A DNA stretch of 64,000 nucleotides from Octopus sinensis (taxonomy: Eukaryota). Position numbers and translations under genes: made by a program. The first letter of the stretch is position 1. Each line of letters starts with the position of its first letter. Below, one piece after another: positions 51,788 through 64,000 of the stretch. The notes below the pieces were generated by a model. It made no database searches and was not told where the DNA came from. It saw only the letters and a list, made by a program, of their open reading frames with translations. The stretch spans positions 31,384,464-31,448,463 of the forward strand of contig NC_043011.1 in assembly GCF_006345805.1 (NCBI RefSeq). The letters are read 5' to 3'.

Positions 51788-53959
51788 CTAGTCGAGGCAC
51801 CCTGCGTTGCTCGGGATTTAAAATGGCATAGTTTGTATATAATTTATTACAGTTATGTTGAAGCAGGTAATATGGGAAAGTGCAGCATTGGCAACAAAAG
51901 ATTTGTAGAATAAATGATGGGCTAATTCGACTAAGCAACATGCTATGCGTCCGTATGGAGTATTTCAGGCCTTAACCTGTCATGGAAAATTGGGGGTGGG
52001 GGTTATGTGATTTTTGAACGCACCGAAAAGGTGTCAGTGGATATACTCTCTTTTGCAGCTGTCAGCGCTGTGTCTAACACGACCCATCATCTGAAATTTT
52101 GACACCTCCTTCGGGTTTGTACGCATAAAGTGCAGTTGGAAGAGCTGTGGTTGTTTATTTGTGGGTAACAGGGAACCAATGAGGTGATAGATTTGCTCTT
52201 GAACTTTGACGTCGGCGTAAATTAATCTTTATCTATCTTCTTAGATGTGTAGCAATATCGTCTCTCATTGCTATCTTCACTGTTTGAGAAGAGTATTAAG
52301 AATGACCTCGGTCGAGATTACAAACAGCTTTGGCTAGTTCAACATTGTTGTAAACACTAATTCGATTGGTTGACACGTTGGTCTCTACTACGCTCGCACC
52401 GCTGGTTATAACTTGGCGCAAAATGTCTCGACTTATTTTCGCGCCATAGTCCAAGCAGCCAATCACAGCTTTCCATTTCTGAAGTTCACTGGGAGCCTGG
52501 TGAAGCTTATAAATAAGGTTTCTCAGAAAAATATTCGTCTTAGGTTTTTAGTTCTTCTCAGAGCTAAACCTCTGACCACACAGAGCTTGTCTTAGGCTTT
52601 TAGTTCTTTTAAGAGCTAAGTCTCTGACCACACAGAGATACTCGACCAAGTTCCAGTTTCGAGGCAGGCGACCACCATTAATACAAGATGTTACAGATAC
52701 CTCTCATACTGTTAGTGTGAAATATCACCATAAAGAAAACGGTTACAAGATATCTATAACTAGAGAAAAATAACCAAGCAGAAAATAATGAAGAAGCAGC
52801 AAGAACCAATCGACAAACATCGAAGATTCAATTTGTACACGAGACAACTACAGATTCAACTATAGCGGTTAGGTGAGATTCTCGCCACGGAAAAAACGGC
52901 TACAGTAACATGTCTGGAAGTATATTCATATCAAGAGAAAGATAAACACAACGAGTGATTCAATTAATCTCAACTGCGACATGCAATATCTTGATATGGA
53001 ACTCTTACAGTGTACCTCATAAACGGTAAATCAATTATCTGTTCTTGGGTTCTAGTTTCTTCGAAGAACTACCTTAAGTCATCTGTTATTACCTGTTGCC
53101 AAGCCGATACCAACAACATTAACTGTGAATCAAATCCCATCGTCATTTCACTGGTCAGTACCTTTTCACGTCTAACGAACACACAGACACAAAAACATGC
53201 GAACACTTACAAACTCCCAACATCAAGCATGATTGTAAAATATGTAAAATAAATAATGTATATATCTTAAAAAGAAATCTTGTTGTCATTCCAAACTTAT
53301 GTGTATTGCCGCTGCATGTATTATATAGTCAGTAAATAAATTATTAAGAATAGGAAAACGTTCCTATTTTTATAGATGCACCAAACGATGTCATTTGAAA
53401 TGCAGAGTTGTATTGTCTGATATTGTTCAGAAAATCCTTTGACTGGATGGAAGTGCCTTCTAGAAGATCCATAAGAGGTTGAGAAGGGGCTGGTAGCACC
53501 GGCAATGTTACCTGACTGCCAGAGCAGCACATACCATTTGTTTCATTTGAAAATTTTAAAGCTCTACAGAAATGACAATTTGTGTTTAGCACACCAATTT
53601 GGACAGAGTTATCATTTTCATAAGAATAGGATGGATCATATCTGAAAACAGCTTCAGGAGTGGTAAAGAACGAATAGTCTGTTTCTGAGAGCTATTCTAT
53701 TGGACCTCTAATCATTAAAACATTGATTTAATGATCCAGCATTAAGTGCTGCAACATGCATTTGAAGATCTTGAGAAAATCTCATCTCGCTTCTCTGTTC
53801 TTTTGGCTTTCTACTATCCTCCTTCCTTTATACTTGTTTCTGGAGAGATTACGTCTTTTCTACGTTTCTCCCGCTCATTCTGTAAAAAATTATCTGAAGA
53901 GAGTAGAAATTGAAAGAAGAGAAAGAAAGTGAAAGATGTATGTACGTCTATATGAAATG

Positions 53960-54007
<48 letters not shown>

Positions 54008-54337
54008 TGTGTGTGTGTGTGTGTTTTGTGTGCGTTCGCGTGCATGTAAGAAAGAAAGGGAGTCAGAAAGAGAGATAGAGTGAGTGAGTGAAGGTGTGTG
54101 TTGTGATGATTGATGTCTTTTAAGGTACACGCACATATAGAAAATGTGACGTCATCGTATAAAGTGTCTACGATAGTTGATTTATGGAAAAGATTATAAT
54201 GATAAATTCTTGAAATGCAAATATGTGACTGGAAATTAAGTTTAATTTGTAGCCGAAATAGTACTGAATCTTTTGACACACCATACGTCAAAATCTGTAA
54301 CCCGTTTTTGAAATTTATAAGGAATATATATATAGGA
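51788..54337 (-). mobile_element. Internally deleted Helitron with RepHel N-terminal remnant (about 53355-53900)
   Basis: A|TC at 54337; hairpin and CTAG|T at 51788; FRYDP..QIG..CHFCRALKF..ETNGMCC..FLNNIRQYNSAFQMTSFGA. Confidence 0.8.
52248..52695 (+). mobile_element. Possible solo LTR inside the Helitron
   Basis: TGTA...TACA ends; CCAAT box; TATAAATA; 49-bp tandem duplication (52537, 52589); TSD imperfect (gatg/gata). Confidence 0.45.
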
Positions 54338-55229
54338 TATACTTCTTTCAAATTGGAAGTATTATCTCACATTACAATAGAGACGTAATACTGAAATGGT
54401 GTAAGAGATAAGAAATTGCTCTGGGCTCGCATCAGGCAAAAAGTTGGAAATTTCTTTTGGCCTATGACACTGCATGGACCTTGGCTTTTGTATTTGACGC
54501 CTGTTGCTTTAAGTATTTTATTTCGATTTTATGTATATATGTATATATAAGCCAATGAGGGAGACCTCTATATGGTAGCTAGACCTGGTAGAAATAACAG
54601 CCAAATCTTCCTCAAAACACCCTACTGTCTTAATCCGACAATTCTGCCTATTATGTAGTTTGAACGAGAAACTGTAACTAAAGATTAAGATTATTAACCC
54701 CCAGATTTTACGCGTTTTAATAGCTATCAATTTTTCACTTTTTTAAAAATTTAATAAAGATCGTTGCCTTTTCCTCGTAGTTTTTTATGTCAGCTGTAAA
54801 GGTAAAGAGAGTTAACTTGGACGGTGTTAAGTAATGAAGATGTTTGGTGATTGTATGTGGTGGTTATTTTTTACTGTTTCTTCTCAATAAGGATAATTGA
54901 TTGATAACGAATCTTAACACAATATATATTCAACTTCAAGTGGAATTGAACATCATAAGAGAGACAGAGAGAGGAAAGAAGAGAGACAGCATAGCGACGG
55001 TTTTGTCTGACTGTCATCTTGTACTCCCCTTGTTGCTAACGAAATGGTATGTGCCGGCTGTCTGAGCAACTGGTTGTTTTTAATGGCGGAACAAACAAGG
55101 CAAAAAGATTACAAAAATAGCGATTCTCACTTTGAAACTAACTTATTTTCTTCTCAAATGTGGTGGGTTCTTTCTATTGCATCAGCTTTCTTCCTTTTGT
55201 TAATTCTGCCTTAACAATTGTGTCACTTC

Positions 55230-56630
55230 AGAGCACTGAAAAATTGCCAGTGTTATTCCCCTGTTCAAAACAGGTGATCGCACATCACCTGTCAACTACT
55301 GTCCAGTCAGCCTTACTAGTTGCATCGCCAAACTGATGGAGTCTTGTATCAGGGAAACACTCTGGAACTTTTGGTGCTCTCACAGCCTTATTTAGCCCTC
55401 ACAATTTGGTTTCATCCCAACTCCAGCTGTTGTAGTCGAGTTTCTTGAGGACATAACCTGAGTTATTGATGGCGGCTCATAGGTGGATACTGTCTACCCT
55501 GATTTTGCTAAAGCCTTCAACTCTGTACCACACAAACGAATCATGGTAAAAATCCCTGCAGTGAGTGTGAAGGATGATCTCAATAACTGGTTGAAGTCCT
55601 TCATTCTCTGCCGGAAAGATGTAGTTACAGTTCTAGGACATCGTTCTTCACCCTACAAGATTATTTCTGGTGTACCACAGGGATCTGTTCTTGGACCCTT
55701 ACTGTTGGTTGCATATATTAATGATATAGATGCCAATTTGAGGAATGTTTCAGTGCTGAAATATGCAGATGACACCAAGCTGTACCTTGAAATAAAAAGA
55801 ACAGATCCTATCCTGCAATCAGACCTGGATACAATGCAGTAGTGGACCTCTGACTGGCAACTCAAGCTAGCTGTAGACAAGTGTGTCACTATGAATTTTG
55901 GGAGGAAAAATCCAGCCTTTACATACTCCCTCAGCAACACCAATCTCAAGAAGTCTTCTAGTGGACAAGATCTGAGTATTATTGTAAACAACAATCTGCA
56001 TTGGACAAACCACATATCTAAGATTGTCAAAAAGACTGAGGGGGTGCTAGCATCACTCAGTAAGACCTTTGTCAGCCACTCTCCAGCTATCTATTTAAAA
56101 TTGTATACGACAATGGTATGTCCACACTTGGAATTTGCATCACCAATCTGGAACCCCTCTCTTGCTCAGCATATAAATCTCCTGGAAACTGTTCAGAAAT
56201 GTGCAACAAAGCGAATACCCACCGTCAGACATGTACCATACTCTGAACGTCTTGTATTCCTGGGCATGGATACATTGAAGACCAGACGTCTGGCAACTGA
56301 CTTGATTGACACCCACAAGATTATCCACCATATTTCCAACAACAACCTTGGGTACCTTTTTGAATTCCATATGACAAACACCCACGAATATGCTTATAAA
56401 ATCAAAAAACAACACAGCACTCATGACTTTCGGAAACAATTTTTCATGCTCAGAATTGCAGGAGCATGGAATAAACCACCTGCATCAGTTGTTAGCTGTC
56501 AAAACACTACATCTTTCAAAACTTCCATGTGTCCTGAAATCCGCCAACAGTACACCTGATGGCCATTTTTTTTCTTTTTAGTTGTAGTGCACCTGAGCCC
56601 TGTATACAACAATTTCCTTCATCATTATAT
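55230..56630 (+). pseudogene. 5'-truncated CR1-clade LINE (RT domain, disrupted)
   Basis: DFAKAFNSVPH, SGVPQGSVLGPLL, LKYADDTKL, HLEFASPIWNP; stops and frameshifts. Confidence 0.9.
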
Positions 56631-57007
56631 ATGTGTGTGTGATGACTTTCTGTGCAACATTTTATGGCTGTTAGTCAATGTAATGTCACACACTCACTTC
56701 TGTTCCCACTCAGTGGTACCCTACACAGTGTTCAATACTTGGTGCAAGACTGTCTCTCTTTTCTATCTATTTCTCTGTCCTTCTCCTCTCCCCTCTATCT
56801 ACCTCTCTACCTATCTGCTGCTTTTCTCTCTTTACTGTTTTCCATTTCTTCCTCTGTCCATCTCTGTCAACTACCTACTATCTTTATTCCTTTATTTCTC
56901 CACACTCTCTCTTTCTTCCTACTTGCTCTTCCTTAACCTTCTCTACTCTCTTTCTTCACTTTTTTGGTACCAAAAGACAATCCAATTTTTTATCACTCAT
57001 CGTTTTT

Positions 57008-57112
57008 CTACTTATTCTTTGTAAGCCTAGTACTTATTCTATCGGTCTCTTTTGCCGAGCTGCTAAGTTACAGGGACGTAAACACACCAACATCGGTTGT
57101 CAAGCGATGTTG

Positions 57113-57156
<44 letters not shown>

Positions 57157-57664
57157 CGACGGGCTTCTTTCAGTTTCCGTCTACCAAATCCGCTCACAAT
57201 GAACCCGGAACCATGTGGTTGGTAAGCAAGCTACTTTATTTCATAGAAATTTGCCATAAAGGCATTACAAAGAGTAGCTTGCGGGCTAGACAAAGACATT
57301 AATGAAGCGGATGATTATGATGAAAAATGATAAAGATGAGAGAAGGCAGAAGGCGCCCGCCGACCCTCTGCTTCTCTAAAATATTATTTAAAAAAAAATA
57401 TATACACCGAGGTAATGACCCTCTTACAAAAAAAACAAAACAAAAAAAACAACTTCTTTGGACCAAAAACTCCATACAACCAAAATTACAGTCTATACAC
57501 AAATTGGAGGCAATAAACATCTACACTTCCTCCCCCAGCAAATCTCGTGCAACTTGTAGGCACTGTTGCAACCGAAATCTGGGGCTCCAATGGAGAATTC
57601 CGAAACTCTCGCCTCCACACGCGTCAATTATCAAGCTACTTACCACTCAGCCACTCCTGCACCT
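57008..57664 (-). mobile_element. SINE family A interrupted by a LINE 3' fragment
   Basis: head sequence stops at 57236 and resumes at 57641. Confidence 0.75.
57237..57631 (-). mobile_element. L1/Tx1-like LINE 3' fragment (same family as 16243-16741), 10-bp TSD CAAGCTACTT
   Basis: shared 3'UTR aaatttgccataaaggca; ORF end WSPRFRLQQCLQVARDLL; TSD at 57227-57236 and 57632-57641. Confidence 0.65.
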
Positions 57665-58161
57665 ATCTAAAGTAATTTTTTTTCAGGGGCTCTTATAACA
57701 CTAATGTGGATCCCCAGTTTACTATTTCGTTGCATGCCCACCCACCCCAATTTTATATCGACCCCCAGGGACCACGTGGGCCCCGTTTGAGAACCATTCG
57801 TCTCGTGTTTTGCTCGTTGACTTGTGGAAACTGTGTGTATGTGTTTGTATGTGGTGAGATAGGCGGACTAGAGAAAGAAATTTCAGGGAGTGTTCTGGTG
57901 TATGCATGTGGCATTCATGTAGTGTAGCTATATCAGCAGGAATTCTACTTACAGAGCCATCCATTTTGATCGAGGGGAGGCAGGTAGGAGAATTCAGAAG
58001 TGTGTGTGTGTGCGTGTTTGTGGGAGACCAGAACTGGGGTTCTTAACCTTTCTATGATTCCAGACGTTTTCTCCTACCCCCACCTCGTAGGTCTACCCAC
58101 TATTTCCCCCTATCTCCCTAACCAGACTGTCGATATCTTCATCATTACCATCGTCGTCGTC

Positions 58162-58198
<37 letters not shown>

Positions 58199-58223
58199 CC
58201 ACCACCACCATCATCACCACCAC

Positions 58224-58269
<46 letters not shown>

Positions 58270-58297
58270 GTCGTCGTCGTCGTCATCATCATCATCG

Positions 58298-58328
<31 letters not shown>

Positions 58329-58329
58329 T

Positions 58330-58364
<35 letters not shown>

Positions 58365-58365
58365 T

Positions 58366-58401
<36 letters not shown>

Positions 58402-58539
58402 GTCGTCGTCGTCGTCGTCATCATCATCATCATCATCATTATCATCATCATCATCATCATCATCATCATCGTCGTCGTCGTCGTCGTCATCATCATCATC
58501 ATCATCATTATCATCATCATCATCATCATCATCATCATC

Positions 58540-58574
<35 letters not shown>

Positions 58575-58590
58575 GTCGTCGTCGTCGTCG

Positions 58591-58645
<55 letters not shown>

Positions 58646-59199
58646 AATCATCATCACCACCACCACCACTAATATGTTCGAATATGACTTCAAAAGATAT
58701 CGATGGTACATATGGCTTCGCGAATGGAACAGGAAGGACAAGATTTAAAGGAAAAAAAAACGGCCATGTTTATTTATAAAAAAAGATACTTGTGAGTGAT
58801 TGAATTTCACATTCTCAAGCTTGGATTTCCATACCTCCATGGGATCTGAAGAATATTCCCAGTTAAAAAGCTGTAGAGTTGAAGGCTGGGATGAACGCTG
58901 GTTTCAGATTTTGGCTCAAGGACTGCAATTTCAGGCGGGGGAGTAAGTCAGCTAGGTCGACCCCAATGCACAAATGGTACTTTATCTTATCGACCTCCGA
59001 AGGATGAAAGGCAAAGTCAAACCCGGCAGAATTTGAACTCAGAATGGTAAAGACTAACGCGGCTAAGCATTTTGCCATCTCCCTGCCTTTAGCCGGAGTG
59101 AAGATTATTGGAAGATGATATGGGGAAGCTTCCAATGATGATGATATAGGAAGCCATCTTTTAATTTTTCTAATGGGGCCTTGATACCGCATTAAGTGG

Positions 59200-60180
59200 T
59201 GGTGTCGGCTATGTTGATGCTGGTGAGATGGTGGTGGTGATGATAGTCGTATTGGTGTTAGTGATGGCGGTGATGATGATGGTGATGGTGGCTGTGGAGG
59301 TGATGGTAGTGGTAGTGGTGGAAGTGATGGTGGTGGTGGCGGTAGCGGTGGTGGTGTTGGCGGTAGTAGTTGTGGTAGTGGTGGTGGTGGTGACTGTGGA
59401 AGTGGTGGTGGTGATGTCGGTGATGGTGGTGATGGTGATAGTGATAGTGGTGGTGATGATGATGATGGTGATGACGGTGATGTTGATGATAAAAGCGGTC
59501 GTGGTGGTGTTGATGGGTTGTATTGTTGTTGTTGTTGTTGGCGGTGGTAGTGGCGGCAGCAGTGGTGGTGGGGATAGTGGTATTGGTAGTCGTGGTGGTG
59601 GTAGTGGTGGTGGTGGTGGTAGTGGTGGAGGTGATGTCGGTGATGGTGGTGATGATGGAAGTGGCGGTGCTGGTAGTAGTGGTGGTGATGATGATGATGT
59701 TGGTAGTGGTGATGGTGTTGGTGACGACGGTGGGGTGGTGGTGGTGTTGATGGTGATGTTGGTGGGGTAGTATTGTTGTTGTAGGCGGTGGTAGTGGCGG
59801 CAGCAGTGGTGGTGGTAGTGGTGGTGGCAATGGTATTACTGGTGGTAGAAGTTATGGTGGTGGTGGCTGTGGGAGTTGTGGTAGTAGTGGTGGTGACGGT
59901 GGTTGTGGTGGTGGTGATGATGGAAGTGGCGGTGCTAGTAGTAGTGGCGGTGGTGATAGTGATAGTAGTGGTGATGATGATGATGATGGTGGTGGTGGTG
60001 TTGATGGGTAGTATTGTTGTTGCTGTTGTTGGCGGTGGTAGTGGCGGCAGCAGTGGTGGTGGTAGTGGTGGTGGTGGTAGTGGTGGTGGTGGTGGTGGTA
60101 GTGGTGGTGGTGGTGGTGGTGGTAGTGGTGGTGGTGGTGGTGGTGGTAGTGGTGGTGGTGGTAGTGGTGGGCGGACGAGT
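59200..60180. repeat. GGT/GAT/GTA cryptic trinucleotide satellite with about 250-bp higher-order period
   Basis: marker gtattgttgtt..ggcggtggtagtggcggcagcagtggtgg recurs near 59520, 59770 and 60010. Confidence 0.8.
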
Positions 60181-60365
60181 CGTGTTGGTGATGGTGAGTT
60201 ACTTCCTCCAGGTGTTGCAAATAGTATTCTTCGCCTATACCTATAAATATTTATATATACTTTATATATGTACTCATATCTTTCTAAATACACCATAGAA
60301 AATCATTATATATTTTTTGTGTAAACACACGTTCGCTCGCTTGCTTGCTCGCACACTCACGTACA

Positions 60366-60408
<43 letters not shown>

Positions 60409-60707
60409 GCACACACACACACACAAGCACACACACACACACACACACACACACGAACACGCACACACGCACACATTGACACACACATAAATGCGACTTT
60501 ATACAGATACCTACACAATTAATTCGCGGTTTCACGCTGGCAGCCGAAAGGATATCCGCGATCATCACCAGACACGAAGTGTATTTAGAGCACGTTAATG
60601 TTTTTGCAAGTGAAAGCATATGTATTGTACATATATACGCAAGTACGCATGTATGTATGTATGTATGTATGTATGTATGTATGTATGTATGTATGTATGT
60701 ATGTATG

Positions 60708-60785
<78 letters not shown>

Positions 60786-60792
60786 ATATCTA

Positions 60793-60825
<33 letters not shown>

Positions 60826-60901
60826 TTGTCTGTCTGTCTGCCTGTCTGTATGTCACCTACCTAATTATCTACCTACCTATCTATATCAATCTATATCTAT
60901 C

Positions 60902-60989
<88 letters not shown>

Positions 60990-61046
60990 GCCTGTCTGTC
61001 CATCACCTACCTAGTTATCTACCTACTTATCTACCTATCTACCTAC

Positions 61047-61835
<789 letters not shown>

Positions 61836-61839
61836 ATCC

Positions 61840-61864
61840 CAAAGAGAGAGAGAGAAATAGAGAA

Positions 61865-61897
<33 letters not shown>

Positions 61898-62084
61898 GCG
61901 AGAGAGAGCGAGAGAGAGAGAGAGAGAGAGAGGGCACTCTGCTCTCATGTGTTTTTGCCTCCATGCCTGAGTTTACCGTGGTCTTATCTAACGGTAAACT
62001 CAGGCATGGAGGCAAAAAACACATGAGAGCAGAGTGCCCTCTCTCTCGCTCTCTCGCTCTCTCTCGCTCTCTCTCTCTCGCTCT
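61840..62084. repeat. Near-perfect palindrome: 49-bp unique arms extended by (GA)n/(TC)n, 11-nt loop
   Basis: 61931-61979 vs 61991-62040 differ only by one base of homopolymer length. Confidence 0.95.
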
Positions 62085-62190
62085 TGCAAGTTTCACTTGC
62101 AAATTTAGTTTATGTATATACATCTATGCTTTTGTTCTTTTCCTATTTTTTTTATTGGTTTCAACCTTCCGATAGTGGTCATTGTATATA

Positions 62191-62241
<51 letters not shown>

Positions 62242-62337
62242 GTGTGTGTGTGTGTGTGTACAGATATGACTTAAGTAAACAGACACCCTTATAATCATTA
62301 AAATTTATTTAAACCTGAAGTTATACATTCGAATTAG

Positions 62338-63347
62338 TTAATATTTAGTAGACAAGCCCTTTGCATTTATCAAGGCAAGGACCCTAATAGGCATGTTACT
62401 AATTAGATGAATAATCTCTTGTGGAATTTCTTGCCAAGTTTCATGCAGTGATCTCGAAAGATCTGGCTTTGAAGATGCTTTCTTGTTCTTTTTATGAAGT
62501 GTTGTTTTGTCCATTATGTCACAGAGGTATTCAATAGGGTTCGTATCTGGTGAATGGCTTGGCCATGAAAGCTTTTTAATGCTATTCTCATCCAACAAAT
62601 CTTGGATCATTTTAGCCGTGAGACAAGGAGCCCCATCTTCCATAAATAGTCTTCTTTAGTCATTTTACCACTGGAGAAGATTGGAAGGAGTCCTTTCTGC
62701 AATATGGACACATATTTATCTGAGTGTATGTTTCCATCACACTCCATTAGCTCTGATCAACCATTGCTCCAAATTTCTCCCCAGACCATCACAGAATAGT
62801 TGCCGTGATACATTGTTGGCTGAAATCTTTTCACATCAAATTCTTGATCACAGAGTCTCCAGACTCACACTCGACTACCGTCAGGAAATATAGCAAATCT
62901 GGACTCATCAGAGAATATGACAGTGTCCCAAAATGCTAGTGACCTCTCCACCATCTCACTGGCCCAATCTTTTCTCTGCTTGATGTTGGCTGAGTCGAAG
63001 AAGTGGCTTCCTTCTGGCTGCTCTGCCATAGTAACCAAGTTTGTGGAGATACCTGACAGCTATTCTGGGACTAACATCAACTTGTTCTGCTATGTCAGAG
63101 CACTTGTAACGAGGATTATCCTCCATACTTCTCTTAACAAAGAGAAGGGTCCTGTAAGAGGGCCCTGGTTGAACTGGGCGAGGTGATGTGGACTCCTCCT
63201 TCTGTCTGGTGAATTGCACAATCACTCTGTTAACTGTAGAAAGGGGAATCCCAAGGTTTTCTACGATTTTACGCTATGTTCACCTTCAGAATGATCCATA
63301 ATACGGTCTCTTTGATACAGTTCCAAGGCTTCTTTTGTATGTGGCGT
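62338..63347 (-). pseudogene. Decayed Tc1-like (DD34E) transposase
   Basis: [14 protein letters not shown] region, [34 protein letters not shown]; frameshifts. Confidence 0.85.
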
Positions 63348-63419
63348 GATTAAACAGCCACATATAGAACATAAAACATAAAAATGTCAATTAATAAAAG
63401 ATATAAACCATTACAAGTT

Positions 63420-64000
63420 AGAATAAACATAAAACGATGTTTTATAGGGTGTCTATTTACTTCTGTCCAGTCTGTGCAATGGGATCTTGTGACTCGGCTC
63501 AAATAGCGGATATCGTTGGAATCTACCTTCAATCCCAGGTCAAATCCGAATTCCCACTGATAAGGGGAGGTCTGTACAGAGACGATGCTCTTTTCGTATT
63601 GAAAAACTGTACAAAAATTGAGATAGAAAGATATAGAAAAGAACTCCATAAATTTTTTAGACGTTTCGGCCTTTCTATTACCATAGACTGTAATTACTGT
63701 AAGGTAAATTTTCTAGATGCGACTTTTAATTTGGAAAGCGACATGTATGAACCATACCACAAGACCATGAGTGCTTAAGATATATAAATGTCAATTCCAG
63801 CCATCCACCATCTATAACCAAGAGAATAATTAAGAACATAGCTACCAGAATATCAAGATTATTGGTCACAGAAGAAATATTCAACTAACATGCACCGTAC
63901 TATAATGAAGAGCTGGTTAGGATCGGATATAAAGGAAAAATCAAGTTTGAAAATAACGAAACTCCAAATAACAATTGGAATACAGACGTACATAATCACA
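63420..64000 (+). pseudogene. Penelope-like RT fragment, runs off the window end
   Basis: GSCDSAQIADIVG, GLYRDD, VNFLD, YINVNSSHPPSI. Confidence 0.85.

Noticed and set aside
58863-60298. 477-aa and overlapping Pro/Thr/His/Val-rich ORFs
   Set aside because: They are products of a stop-free triplet satellite fused to a SINE; no domain or splice support.

Overview
AT-rich, microsatellite-saturated eukaryotic DNA. The repeat landscape (tRNA-derived SINEs with internal CA/TA tracts, RTE, CR1, Tx1 and Penelope retroelements, mariner/hAT/piggyBac MITEs, Helitrons) looks like an octopod cephalopod genome; that assignment is my recollection of these families, not a search result. No intact long ORF is present: the long ORFs in the track are microsatellite artefacts or decayed transposon fragments. 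Manual splice-site reading suggests the 3' part of a plus-strand host gene built from about 16 very short exons (24-81 nt, 658-29626), which the ORF track cannot see; I do not recognise the product. The most notable structures are: an RTE copy with a twin-priming-type 5' inversion; Penelope hammerhead ribozymes, including a CCGACGA core variant; an inverted mariner MITE pair bracketing a host exon; a SINE-core-SINE composite flanked by a 15-bp TSD; two L1/Tx1-like insertions sharing a CTACTT target; and a near-perfect palindrome at a Tx1 3' end. All alignments and translations were done by eye, and repeat boundaries are approximate.
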